From Trypanosoma brucei (Eukaryota), in the NCBI GenBank assembly GCA_000002445.1, contig CP000066.1, forward strand, positions 1,056,001 through 1,120,000: 64,000 nt of DNA, in the 5' to 3' direction. Position numbers and translations under genes: made by a program. The notes under the pieces were generated by a model, which was given only the letters and a program-made list of their open reading frames with translations, was not told the DNA's origin and did not search any database. Numbering within the stretch: the first letter of the stretch is position 1; the number at the start of each line of letters is the position of its first letter. This document shows, piece after piece, positions 20,071 to 30,019 of the stretch.

Positions 20071-23000
20071 ATGGAGAGGAGACAGGCGGGCGGGAATTTG
20101 CTGGACTCTATGAATTCTGCATCAGTGCACGTGAACGACCTTCCAGCTGAGTTCCCCCGTTTTCCACCGCAAACAATTAGCACGGGCGTTGCTTCTCAGA
20201 GTCACCGCAAAAAGTCACCGGCTTCGGGACCCCCGATGAACGGGAGTCATTCTTTTTCTCGTCATACAAACACAGGAACTGTACCTGCCATACCGCGCGC
20301 CCCACGGCGGTGCCGACTTACAAACAACGCACCATTCCCGGACCCCGCCTGCGTGGACTGCCAAAGGCATAGCTGCTCAAGACATTCAGGCGGCAGCACG
20401 TTGGCGGGGGGAGTGGAGCTGCAGATTGAAGGGCTTACGCGCTTCGTTTGGCGGTGTATTTACTTTTTATGGTTGGCAGCCCTTGTCGCCGGTATAGTTT
20501 TGCAATCCTTGCCCTCTATTACATGGAGGGTGCTGGACATCTGTGGAAGGGATGCGCCTGATATGTGGAAATATGGGACATGGAATAGCAACTGTGCGAC
20601 CATAGAGCTGGAGGACAGACACACCGATACCTACCGTGTTCAGTGGAATGGGCGACCATATTCTGTGGACTTTGGTGACCCGTTGCTGCGGTTCCGTAGC
20701 CTCGTAATTAACCTGGCCAGTCCTGACGACTGGGAGGTTTTCCATCCTGACGAGCGCAGGTTCACACTGAGGGTTGCGATTCCCTTTATGGAGGAGAACA
20801 GCAACTGGTCTACTGCCCCGTTGCCGATAGTGTGCCGTCGTGGGGACGATCGATGCGTTTACATAAACCTGCCGCCGGGTGCGGTTTTGAATGACACTGG
20901 TGGAGGACGCGTGTCTCTATCTCTTAGCGATGTCCCCGGAAGTATCGCTCGAAATATAAATAACTCAGCGGTTGGTATCCTTTTTCAAGGGCGTGCTTAC
21001 GCCCTTACAGTGTTGATTTGGCGCTACATAGCCCTTACAATAACGGTTTTGCATGCTATACGGTTCGTAGTGAACCTGAAATACAACAACAGCCTCTATG
21101 AACAGTGGTGGGTTTTGGTGCTGCTGTTGGCGTCTGTGTTGTATCTCAACCCCCTCACCGCCCTTGCCATATCTCCAGATCGGCTTCCACTGCCGCTGGA
21201 GTTCCTTGAACTTCACGTACCATGGTGGTTTGTAGCGGTGGTGGTGAGCTATATGTTTTCTGTTATTACTGCGTCCATGCCGCGCGCTGCGAATCCCACG
21301 AAACAGGAAGGCGCTAAAAACCTGGGATGCCTTAGCCGCATGAAGGCCTGCTTCTGCCGCAGCCGCAGCATATATGACCCTCCGTTGTGGACGAAGGTAG
21401 TGGGAGTGCTTTTTATCATTATAGCCATTGGGCTTGACATAGCAGTGGCCTGGCGGTGCTGCTCTGCAACGCTACATGGGAGGGGGTCGGGTAAGAAAAT
21501 CTACATTTACCTTCTCTGTTCTCTTTTCGGCTTTGGGTCGCTGGTCTGTTGTATTATGCTCTACCGTCTACGTCGGAGCATGTCAAAGAAATCATACCTG
21601 GATTCGAGACCTCAGCAACTTGCCTGCCGTGTTTTCATGTTTATGTTCTTTACGGCCATCATTTTCAGTATTACACAATTCGCTCTGTTTTACGTGCTCG
21701 ATTTCAGAATCCCGGGTATGTTGGCGTGGCAACCACTTATACAGCTACCGGCGTTGTTGGTATGGCCAGTTTTGGTCAATGTCATGACTCTAATATACAC
21801 TACCCGTCACCGCCCAGAGACGGTTCCCGTTCATCCGCGAGACACGCGCTGGAAAGAAAGTGTCTGGCCTGACGATTGGTACCGATGGCTTGTTCGCCAT
21901 GGCGGCAGCATGTACATTTTTCATACAGAGAAGGAGGAGGCCTCCTTCAATTGGAAACAACTGGAGTACCGCGTACGGCGGTACCTTGTGAGGTTAAAGA
22001 GAAGGGGTAGTGTGCATAACTTATCTCTCCTTCTGCAGAGCATACCCAATGACTCTTCATCTCCACCGGTTGAGGGGCCGAGTGACCCCTCGATAAATTA
22101 TACCATTATGTGCTCCGTTCACTCCCGTCCCCAGGATATAGAGTTCTGGAAGGGTCTGAGAGAGTCGATTTGTAATCGAGGCGCAGCCGAGATTGTCAAC
22201 ATGGACATGACGTCCACGTGCTTCCTACCGTACGTTGAAGCAGGGAGGGAAAACGATTTGGGGCCCGAGAGACCGTCAGGCGCATCCCAAGTGATGAGAC
22301 AAAATGTTGGCAGGGAAGGAGGTGGGTCCCGAGCTCCGCTGCTAGAAAACGATGGGGGAGCTCTCAACGGTTCCGTGGCGTTGAGGTTGAGCTCCACCAC
22401 CGGGGATGCACCTCCCGGTGACGGGGAGCGTCGTCTGGGGTCTGTGGATGATCATTCAGAGGATAGCGGCGACGATGGAGGGTCAACTAATAACCCAAAG
22501 AGTGTGTGGCAAGCACTCCGTGGTGTAATTTCCGCGTCGGTGAGGGGAGCCGGGAGGAACTTATTCGAACGACCTGCTCATGCGTTTGAGCGTGCCGAAA
22601 CCTATCTTTTGGATGCTGTTCAGCAAAGGATGCACGAACCCCTGTACCTCCCGTTTTTCAATCTTGAGACAGCCATTGACTGCTTCAACATAGCGTTTGA
22701 ATCGTACAATTGGAAGGGACAGTCGCACGCCCGGGCCCAAGAAAGAAAGGTTGGAACCTCGGGCCGCTGCCGCGGCTCTTCAAACTACCGTTCAAATGCT
22801 CGCGAATCCGCTGCTTACCCCCGGGAAACGGACCCAGACGCGTGCAGCACGTCGCAAGGTGATGTTGAGATGCGCAAATTTTGCCCTAGTACAGAACAAC
22901 AGTCTGTGGCAGCCACTCCAGACCATAACGGGACGCCCACTATCGATGTGGAACAATACGGTTATAAGCCAATCGCTGTGTTTGAGGCACTTGATGTAGT

Positions 23001-23769
23001 GGCTGTTTGTGCTGTCATGGACACTGAATTTTTGCACCATCGTGGCAAGGCCCCTCGAATCGTTATCGCATTCCGAGGAACAGCAAATATGAGCAACGTG
23101 AGGGAGGACATCAAGATGCGCCGCCGTGCTTGGGATGAAATGAAGACCGATAGGGACAATGCGTCTCTGAAGTCGAGTTGCTGCTGGGAACCAACGGTCC
23201 ACTCCGGATTTTTGGAGATCTGGGAAGCACACCAAACTTCTATTGAAGAAAAACTTGGCGGGTTCTTAAAGGACAATTCTTCCACTGTTTACCGTGTGTT
23301 TTGCACGGGCCACAGCATGGGGGGTGCTGTGGCTTGTCTTTGTGCCTACAGTGTGCGGCGTATGCTGCGGGAGATAGAATACCCCTTGGATGAGGTAACG
23401 GTTTACACGTTTGGTCAGCCCCCGATGGGGAACGCAGCGTTTCAAACCGCTTACGACAAGGCGATTCCCCGAACGTTTCGTGTTGTAAACGAGAGTGACA
23501 CATTTGCAACGTTCCGGCTTTACGGCACGCAAGTTGGCACCGAAGTGGATATTAACCGCCATGGCAATTACATCTGTAAGCCCACGTATATGGAGCAACG
23601 GTGCCACCCAATGAAGAATAAGGTGTTTGGAATCGAGGGCCATCAGGTGAAGTCTTATGCCCGCTCGCTCAATGCCTTGGCGCTCGACACATCCTGCAAG
23701 ATACGTGCTTCCGGCGATCCAGAGGCGTCATATGTGGCCGAGCCTGGACGCGAGCCGGATGCCATGTAA
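20071..23769 (+). CDS. Polytopic membrane protein with C-terminal class-3 lipase domain (paralog B, tandem to A)
   Basis: ATG 20071; 1232 aa; same architecture; C-terminal region shares 100%-identical nucleotide blocks with paralog A (e.g. 23261-23499 = 18633-18871); 'GHSMGGAVACLCAYSV' present. Confidence 0.75.
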   Translation: MERRQAGGNLLDSMNSASVHVNDLPAEFPRFPPQTISTGVASQSHRKKSPASGPPMNGSHSFSRHTNTGTVPAIPRAPRRCRLTNNAPFPDPACVDCQRHSCSRHSGGSTLAGGVELQIEGLTRFVWRCIYFLWLAALVAGIVLQSLPSITWRVLDICGRDAPDMWKYGTWNSNCATIELEDRHTDTYRVQWNGRPYSVDFGDPLLRFRSLVINLASPDDWEVFHPDERRFTLRVAIPFMEENSNWSTAPLPIVCRRGDDRCVYINLPPGAVLNDTGGGRVSLSLSDVPGSIARNINNSAVGILFQGRAYALTVLIWRYIALTITVLHAIRFVVNLKYNNSLYEQWWVLVLLLASVLYLNPLTALAISPDRLPLPLEFLELHVPWWFVAVVVSYMFSVITASMPRAANPTKQEGAKNLGCLSRMKACFCRSRSIYDPPLWTKVVGVLFIIIAIGLDIAVAWRCCSATLHGRGSGKKIYIYLLCSLFGFGSLVCCIMLYRLRRSMSKKSYLDSRPQQLACRVFMFMFFTAIIFSITQFALFYVLDFRIPGMLAWQPLIQLPALLVWPVLVNVMTLIYTTRHRPETVPVHPRDTRWKESVWPDDWYRWLVRHGGSMYIFHTEKEEASFNWKQLEYRVRRYLVRLKRRGSVHNLSLLLQSIPNDSSSPPVEGPSDPSINYTIMCSVHSRPQDIEFWKGLRESICNRGAAEIVNMDMTSTCFLPYVEAGRENDLGPERPSGASQVMRQNVGREGGGSRAPLLENDGGALNGSVALRLSSTTGDAPPGDGERRLGSVDDHSEDSGDDGGSTNNPKSVWQALRGVISASVRGAGRNLFERPAHAFERAETYLLDAVQQRMHEPLYLPFFNLETAIDCFNIAFESYNWKGQSHARAQERKVGTSGRCRGSSNYRSNARESAAYPRETDPDACSTSQGDVEMRKFCPSTEQQSVAATPDHNGTPTIDVEQYGYKPIAVFEALDVVAVCAVMDTEFLHHRGKAPRIVIAFRGTANMSNVREDIKMRRRAWDEMKTDRDNASLKSSCCWEPTVHSGFLEIWEAHQTSIEEKLGGFLKDNSSTVYRVFCTGHSMGGAVACLCAYSVRRMLREIEYPLDEVTVYTFGQPPMGNAAFQTAYDKAIPRTFRVVNESDTFATFRLYGTQVGTEVDINRHGNYICKPTYMEQRCHPMKNKVFGIEGHQVKSYARSLNALALDTSCKIRASGDPEASYVAEPGREPDAM

Positions 23770-24872
23770 GTTGTTCCTGGCCTTTGGGTTGCGAATGCAT
23801 TCGCCGTGCGGATGAAAGAAGAGGAAGCGTGGGATAAAAGTGTGCGGCTGTGGGGTATATTTGGGGAGTTCAGGGTGTTGTGAAGCATTTGGGATGGGGA
23901 AAGTGACATCGAAACGGCGCTAATACTTGCTTGCTCGAAGTTGTGTGTTCCCTTCTCACTTAGCTTTACCTCAGATTAGTGACTTCCACATCCCCAGCTG
24001 CTGTGAGGGTGGTTGCACATCCGTAATTCTTCTCCACAATTGCTGAGGATCTTTTGCCTTTTGTTTTTGAGTTGCTTTTTCTTGCCGTTGTTACGTCACT
24101 AATCATTTTGTATGGAAGGTAGTGGGAGCGAAGAGAGCCAAGTGATATATTTACCGCTCCATCCTTCGTTTGTTTAATTTTTTTCGGTTTGTCTTGCTCA
24201 CCATCTTGGGTGTTGGGGCTGCTCGGGATGCTGCGGTGTGGTTGTGTGGCTGGGGCATGGTGTCTCGCGGCTTGCCTCCATTATTGTTTATGTTTATTTG
24301 GCGGTGACGATGCCTGGTCATGCGTGCGTTTTTTCCCCCTTTTGTACGTCTTCACCAAAGTTGTACCGCTTCTCTTTTTTTTCCATTTCGCTGAGGGGGC
24401 TTCTCTTTCATTGGGTGGTAAACCCCATTCGCGCATGTGTGGTTCCCACCGTCGTAACCTCTTTCTTGCTTTATTTTTTTTAAGTTTACTGCAAATGGTC
24501 AAACGCACACGTTGACGTACCGTATTTCATACTGGAAAGGGCTTTCATGGCTTCCTCTTTCATTATTTTATCATCTGTATCTTGAAGATACCCATGCACA
24601 ACTGACATTGTGGTTAAATCACCCATGCCTGAGAATAGTGGCTTGTACCAACTTCATCTGTTCCTTATTTTTCTTCCTTTCCAAACACCGTCCCCAATTC
24701 AGAGAAGGAGAAGCATTTTTTATATTTCTTTTAAAGGAGGGAGCAAAAGGGAGTGCGAGTAAGGGGAAAGTTGACATAGTGGGAAAGTAAATAAATAAAT
24801 AGGGAAAAGGGAAGCAGAGGAGGAGCAAAAAGTGTATTTTGAAGGAGAGAGCGAAACCAGAATACGGCGCTG

Positions 24873-25286
24873 ATGAGCAACCGGGAGCCAATGTCGCCAT
24901 TACCCACGCAACCAACTTCTGTCCCCAGTGTGGCCTCATTGAAGGCAGTTCTCACGCCGCAGGTGGTGCTGCAGACGGCACAGGCCTCACTGGAGCTTCC
25001 CAAGGCAGATGAGATGTGGTCTAATTGGTACAAGGAGTCCGAGGACCGGTTTCTCGACTTTATTTCCTTCGATGCAACGGAGGGTGGTGGTAACGGAGGT
25101 GTTGTCCGCTCTGGAAGCTCACATCGGACGTTGAGTGCACGGCGCATTAGTGGACAATTTGAAGAAGAGGTGATGAAATCATGGGAAGAGGACTGGGAAG
25201 ATGAGGATGTGGAGGATACATTTGATGCCGTCATGGGGCGGATTGGGCGCTATGAGGCTTCAAGGGCCGCTTCGTCACAGAAGTAG
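24873..25286 (+). CDS. Small acidic hypothetical protein (137 aa)
   Basis: ATG 24873; coding-like composition between AT-rich flanks; no family recognised; could be spurious. Confidence 0.3.
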   Translation: MSNREPMSPLPTQPTSVPSVASLKAVLTPQVVLQTAQASLELPKADEMWSNWYKESEDRFLDFISFDATEGGGNGGVVRSGSSHRTLSARRISGQFEEEVMKSWEEDWEDEDVEDTFDAVMGRIGRYEASRAASSQK

Positions 25287-25993
25287 AAGTATGACTTACT
25301 CATCAGCAGCTGTACAAAAGACGTGTATTTGTGTGTGTGTGTTTGTGTGTGTGTGGGAGGCGTGGAAAGGTGTTAAAGCTCTTTTGCTTTAAATTTTATT
25401 GTTTGGTGGGAAGGTGGAGTGGCAGAGTGCAAGCATAAAGCGAGATGGAAGAAAATATGAGTGCATGATGTCGGTAAAAAGTTACTTCATCTTGTTTTCT
25501 GTCTTTATTCTTCTCTTTTTTTCGTTGGCCACCTTCTGTACTATTTACTGGCTTGTGGTGTGTCGAATCACTCTACTGAGGAGCGTGTGGTGCTTCGGTA
25601 TATATATTTGCCTGCTAGTGTGTTTCTTTTTTTTTTTTGTTGGCCTTGTGTGGGGACTTGTGGCGTGTTGAAGAGGTCGTTTTAAATTCCCCCACAGTGG
25701 CGTGCTGGATGTGTTCTCTGTTGGGAGAAGGGGAAATTGAAATCATTTTACCCGTCAAGAGGGCAAATGTGTGGTGTTCCTTTCTTTTTTGTTTTCCGTT
25801 TCTACCGAGGCTGTTTGTTTGTTTCATGCTTCCCTTTCTTCACTTTTGGTTATTCTACGCTTCATTTACGTTCCCCTCCGCTATTCTCTTGATTATGGGT
25901 TAGGTTTTGCACCCCGTAACTGCGCTCAGTAGGAGGAGTTTGACGAGACACACACCTGCACATAAGCGTAAATAGATAAATAATCTTTGTGAA

Positions 25994-26956
25994 ATGTGGG
26001 TGAGGACATTCCTGCGGCTCTGCGGGTGCAAATCACCCAATGCGGCAGCTATAACTTCTGGATCGTCATGGATGACTGCTGCTGCATGGGCCAGTCTTGG
26101 AAGCGAATTTTCCTCTGTGAGTGAGAGCAAATTCCTGCAGCAGGTACCGGATGGATTCCTCACCTCACGGGCAACAACTGACATGATGCCCGCAGAGCAG
26201 CTCCTTCTATCCATGGTGGAGGAAAATGAGGAACGTTACAAGGGCGTGGATGTGAGGGATCCTTCATCTATGGCGGTGTATGAGGGGGAAAGGCCGCGAT
26301 GGATGACACTCGGAGGGCAGGTCCGCGCGGTGTCGGAGTTTGTGTCCGGGCATTTATGCCATCACATTTCATTACCCGCGTGGAAGGAGCTGTTTGACCT
26401 TCAATACGCTGAGATGGACTTGACGTACTGGCTGTATGTGTTGCATGTGCACATGGTTAGTCGCCGCGCCACTAGTGTTCCCATCGAGAAGTTTAACCGC
26501 CGTCGTGAGGTGTTGGAGGAGATTCTTTTGACTATGTTTGACAGTTGGGCTGCGACGTCGGAGGATGTGATGGGACGACCTCCGCTTAACAAAATCCGTT
26601 TCTACATTAAGGACATGTACTATGTTACGGCGGTTAACTTTGAGGAAGCCCTCTTACACGATGGCCCCGGGGCCGATTTGATGCTGTTGGGGTTCTTGAT
26701 GAAGTTCTGTCCGCTGCCGCGTCCCGAAGATGTCCCTCTTTACACCTATTACTCTCTAGTGCATTACATTCGCTTTCATACTGCTTTACTAGATCGGATT
26801 CCCGATGAGTCTATAGCGAAGGGCAACTTCAACTTCCTCTCACCGACTGACCCCCGAATATTTGAGCAGTACAGTGAGGTAACACTTGACCAAGTTATTA
26901 GAAGTTGGACGGTGGAGGCTAGTGAAGAGGAGGTAAAATGCCATGCGGCACCGTGA
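25994..26956 (+). CDS. Ubiquinol-cytochrome c chaperone (CBP3/UQCC1)-like protein
   Basis: ATG 25994; 'LTYWLYVLHVHMVSRRAT' and 'MFDSWAATSEDVMGRPPLNKIRFYIKDMYYVTAVNFEEALLHD' resemble UQCC1 'FYSWFLITLLHVWMCLVRMK' and 'MWEDVQQRGRVMGVNPYILKKNMILMTNHFYAAILGYDEGIL'. Confidence 0.55.
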   Translation: MWVRTFLRLCGCKSPNAAAITSGSSWMTAAAWASLGSEFSSVSESKFLQQVPDGFLTSRATTDMMPAEQLLLSMVEENEERYKGVDVRDPSSMAVYEGERPRWMTLGGQVRAVSEFVSGHLCHHISLPAWKELFDLQYAEMDLTYWLYVLHVHMVSRRATSVPIEKFNRRREVLEEILLTMFDSWAATSEDVMGRPPLNKIRFYIKDMYYVTAVNFEEALLHDGPGADLMLLGFLMKFCPLPRPEDVPLYTYYSLVHYIRFHTALLDRIPDESIAKGNFNFLSPTDPRIFEQYSEVTLDQVIRSWTVEASEEEVKCHAAP

Positions 26957-27868
26957 TATGACGAGGGCTGCGGTTGTTGCCTTTGCATGTTGACAAGTGA
27001 GTGAGCCAGTAAGGAGTGTGGTAAAAGCTGTAGGGGTTTGGACGCTGGGAGTCGCAGGTGGTGTAATGTTTTCCATTTTTCCTTTTTTATGTCAGCTCTT
27101 TTGTTTGTTTTGTTTTTGTTCTGTGTGTTGTTGTCGAGCGCCCTCAGTGCACTTTGGTAATGAGGGCTTACGTATAAAAGAAGATTGTCGTTTGGTTCTG
27201 TTTTACATTTTGTGTTTTCCCTATTTTGTTTGGTTGTCATGGAGGGGATGATGAGCGGTGTGTCGACGGAGGTATCGTGAACTCACTCCCGTTAGTGTGG
27301 TATTATTTTCATTATTATTATTATTATTATTTTTCTCCTACACTAAACATTAAAGTTGGTAACGCGATGTATTTTTTTATTTTTTCCACACCAAAGACAT
27401 GTATACATGAATTACATTTATTACTATTATTGTCATTATTATTATTTTCCACCCTTTAACACATGCCCGGGCACCGAGCACTTGGCCCTTGTACGTTGCC
27501 ATCTGGGCCTGCGAGTTGTTCCAGTGCTGTGATTATGAGCAACAACCTCCATCACGTATAAATTCAAATTACATTAATGAGGGAATGGAAAAGGTAAACG
27601 GACTCTGAGCATACACATTACTAACGAGGCACGCGATGTCGTGTTATTTTCCATATCCGGAGAGCTGAGGAAAAGCAAGAAAGAAAGAAAGAAAGGAGAG
27701 GGAGATTGTTTCACACGTTACACCATATCCTCCTCCCCTTTCCGATATTTGTTGGTGGTTGCAGTCGCCGCCGCCGCTCCTCTTCCCCCCTCCACTGGAT
27801 ACGAGTGGCTTATAAGTGAAAGATCGCGATGCCATGTGGGATATCGCATAGCTCCTATCTTGTTCATC

Positions 27869-27925
27869 AGTGTTTCTCCCTCTTATTCCTCCCTGGTTTC
27901 TCTCTCCTTTTTTTTCTTTTTTAAC
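27869..27925 (+). promoter_or_regulatory. Polypyrimidine tract upstream of carnitine acyltransferase gene
   Basis: gtttctccctcttattcctccctggtttctctctccttttttttcttttttaacg. Confidence 0.4.
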
Positions 27926-28018
27926 GATCTAATCCTACGTATGCATCAGAAGTGTTACTGTTGTGTACCTCCGCCAGCGATCTCTTAGTATTTATTTCGC
28001 AGTGCTATCTAAATTATC

Positions 28019-29884
28019 ATGAAGCGCATCCCCGTAAAGGACCTTGCCGTCAACGTTCTGAAGCTCCCTCGATTGCCCATTCCCACACTTGAGGCAACAG
28101 CGGAGCGGTACCGCGCATCCATATGGCCACTGAAGTCCGCCGAGATGGTGAAAAATCACTTGCAGAAGTTTGATACCTTTCTTACTTCCTCCGCTGGGGG
28201 CTTGCAGGCGGCACTTGTGGAGGCAGATACCGCTGCTGCCGCATGTGGCGTATACCCGTATTCGTATATTGAGGCCTTGTGGGAAGACATGTATTTGAGC
28301 AATCGTGAACCCGTATTAGTGAATGTCAACCCCGCCATCACCACCAAGAAACTAAAGAATGCGGGTGATACGCAAGCGGCTGTCGGGGCGGCTGTCGTAC
28401 ACAGCATTGCGCGGTGGGTGTATAACGCCGTGAACAAGGGAGTAGAGGTATTTGACGAAACACGCGATGTGTCCCCGCTACTGCGGCAGTTTGGAGCTTC
28501 GGTCATTCCAGGTGAGAAGAAGGATACGTTTCACACCACACCGATGGAGAAACTTCGTCACATCATTGTGCTTCACGACGGCCACCCGTATGCAGTGCGC
28601 GTGTTTGACGACAAGCAGGTCCCTCTTGACCGTGCGGTGGTCCAAAAGTCAATTGAGTACGTTCTGTCAATCACGCCAGATGCAGACAACACAACACCCG
28701 TGTCAGTTCTTACGGCGGGGAACCGCCAGACTTGGGCAGGCGCTTATGCCGAGTTGGTGAAAACACCGGAGAACGCGGAGAACCTCAAAAAGATTCAAGA
28801 GGGCATTGTGGTTGTTTGCCTCGACACTGAGAGTTGGGGAGGTGACGGCAAATTAGTGGACGGTGCTTCCCTGCACGGCAACAACACGGAGTTTGAGAAC
28901 CGATGGTACGACAAGCATCAAATTATTGTATCTGCAGATGGGCGGGTCGCATTCAACTTCGAGCATTCCGGCAGCGACGGCGTTCAGTGGCTCCGGTGGA
29001 TCAGTGATATTATCAGTGATGTTGAGGGAGGTGATGGAAGTTCTGTTTCCACCTCTGCCACCAGCTTGGATCCTGCGAAGGTTGGCACCTTGGTTCAGCC
29101 CTTGACCTTGACGTTTGGGAAGACATTCGCTGCCCACATTCGCGCGGCACGCGCCGGGGCTCTCGAGCTCATTGCTGGAACGGCGTTGGAAGACGTGACC
29201 ATTCCGTATGGCAAAACTCAGTTGAAGCAGCTTGGTGTGAGCCCCGATGCGTTTGTGCAGATGTGCCTTCAGGTGGCCCACCACAAATGTCGGAATAAAC
29301 TCGCACCAACGTATGAGGCGGCCTCCACCGGTCGTTTCTTTCATGGGCGTACTGAGACGATTCGGTCAGCGACTCGGGAAATGCAGCTCGTGGCGGAGGC
29401 CGTCAACCGTATGACGAAGGCTAATGCCGCATCCGATGAGGAGGGAAGTACAACATATGTGGCGAGTGTTGAGGAGCAGGTGGCACTGCTAAAGGCGGCT
29501 GCAGAGCGTCATGTGAGGTTGGCGAAGGCAGCGGCGAATGGTGAAGGCATCGATCGGCACTTGACAGCTCTGAAGCGGCTGGCAGTTGAGCGCAATGATG
29601 CCGCAGCGCTCGCTTTCTTCAACGACGAAACGTACACTTCGTGCTCCACGTGGAGATTAAGTACAAGTAATTTAACAGCGCCGTGGGTAGAGCGATTCAT
29701 GTTTGGTCCTGTAACCGCTAACGGCTACGGTTTAGGTTACACCATTGATGGAACGGAGGTGCGGCTGACAGTGTCGGCTTTCACCAGAAGCCCATCCACC
29801 GACGCGGGGGATATGAAGCTCGCCGTTTCTGAGGCCGCATCAAATGTTTACGGTTTGCTTAAGGCAGGGACTAAACTAAAATAG
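28019..29884 (+). CDS. Carnitine/choline O-acyltransferase family protein
   Basis: ATG 28019; 621 aa; family-typical N-terminus 'LPRLPIPTLEATAERY' and catalytic-His motif 'NFEHSGSDG' (EHSxxDG); overall carnitine acyltransferase-like length. Confidence 0.85.
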   Translation: MKRIPVKDLAVNVLKLPRLPIPTLEATAERYRASIWPLKSAEMVKNHLQKFDTFLTSSAGGLQAALVEADTAAAACGVYPYSYIEALWEDMYLSNREPVLVNVNPAITTKKLKNAGDTQAAVGAAVVHSIARWVYNAVNKGVEVFDETRDVSPLLRQFGASVIPGEKKDTFHTTPMEKLRHIIVLHDGHPYAVRVFDDKQVPLDRAVVQKSIEYVLSITPDADNTTPVSVLTAGNRQTWAGAYAELVKTPENAENLKKIQEGIVVVCLDTESWGGDGKLVDGASLHGNNTEFENRWYDKHQIIVSADGRVAFNFEHSGSDGVQWLRWISDIISDVEGGDGSSVSTSATSLDPAKVGTLVQPLTLTFGKTFAAHIRAARAGALELIAGTALEDVTIPYGKTQLKQLGVSPDAFVQMCLQVAHHKCRNKLAPTYEAASTGRFFHGRTETIRSATREMQLVAEAVNRMTKANAASDEEGSTTYVASVEEQVALLKAAAERHVRLAKAAANGEGIDRHLTALKRLAVERNDAAALAFFNDETYTSCSTWRLSTSNLTAPWVERFMFGPVTANGYGLGYTIDGTEVRLTVSAFTRSPSTDAGDMKLAVSEAASNVYGLLKAGTKLK

Positions 29885-29978
29885 GTGTAGAGTAGCATAT
29901 GGAAGAAATGGATAGTACGGATAGTGGGCTGCTGTAAGTGCGACCGCGGAGAGCACAAGGAGTGAGGCGCTAGTGGCC

Positions 29979-29982
<4 letters not shown>

Positions 29983-30011
<29 letters not shown>
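29983..30011. repeat. (TA)n microsatellite
   Basis: atatatatatatatatatatatatatata read directly. Confidence 0.85.

Positions 30012-30019
<8 letters not shown>

Noticed and set aside
24189-24515. 108-aa ORF in intergenic region upstream of the 24873 gene
   Set aside because: It translates a polypyrimidine-rich tract (F/L/C-rich) with no coding-like composition.
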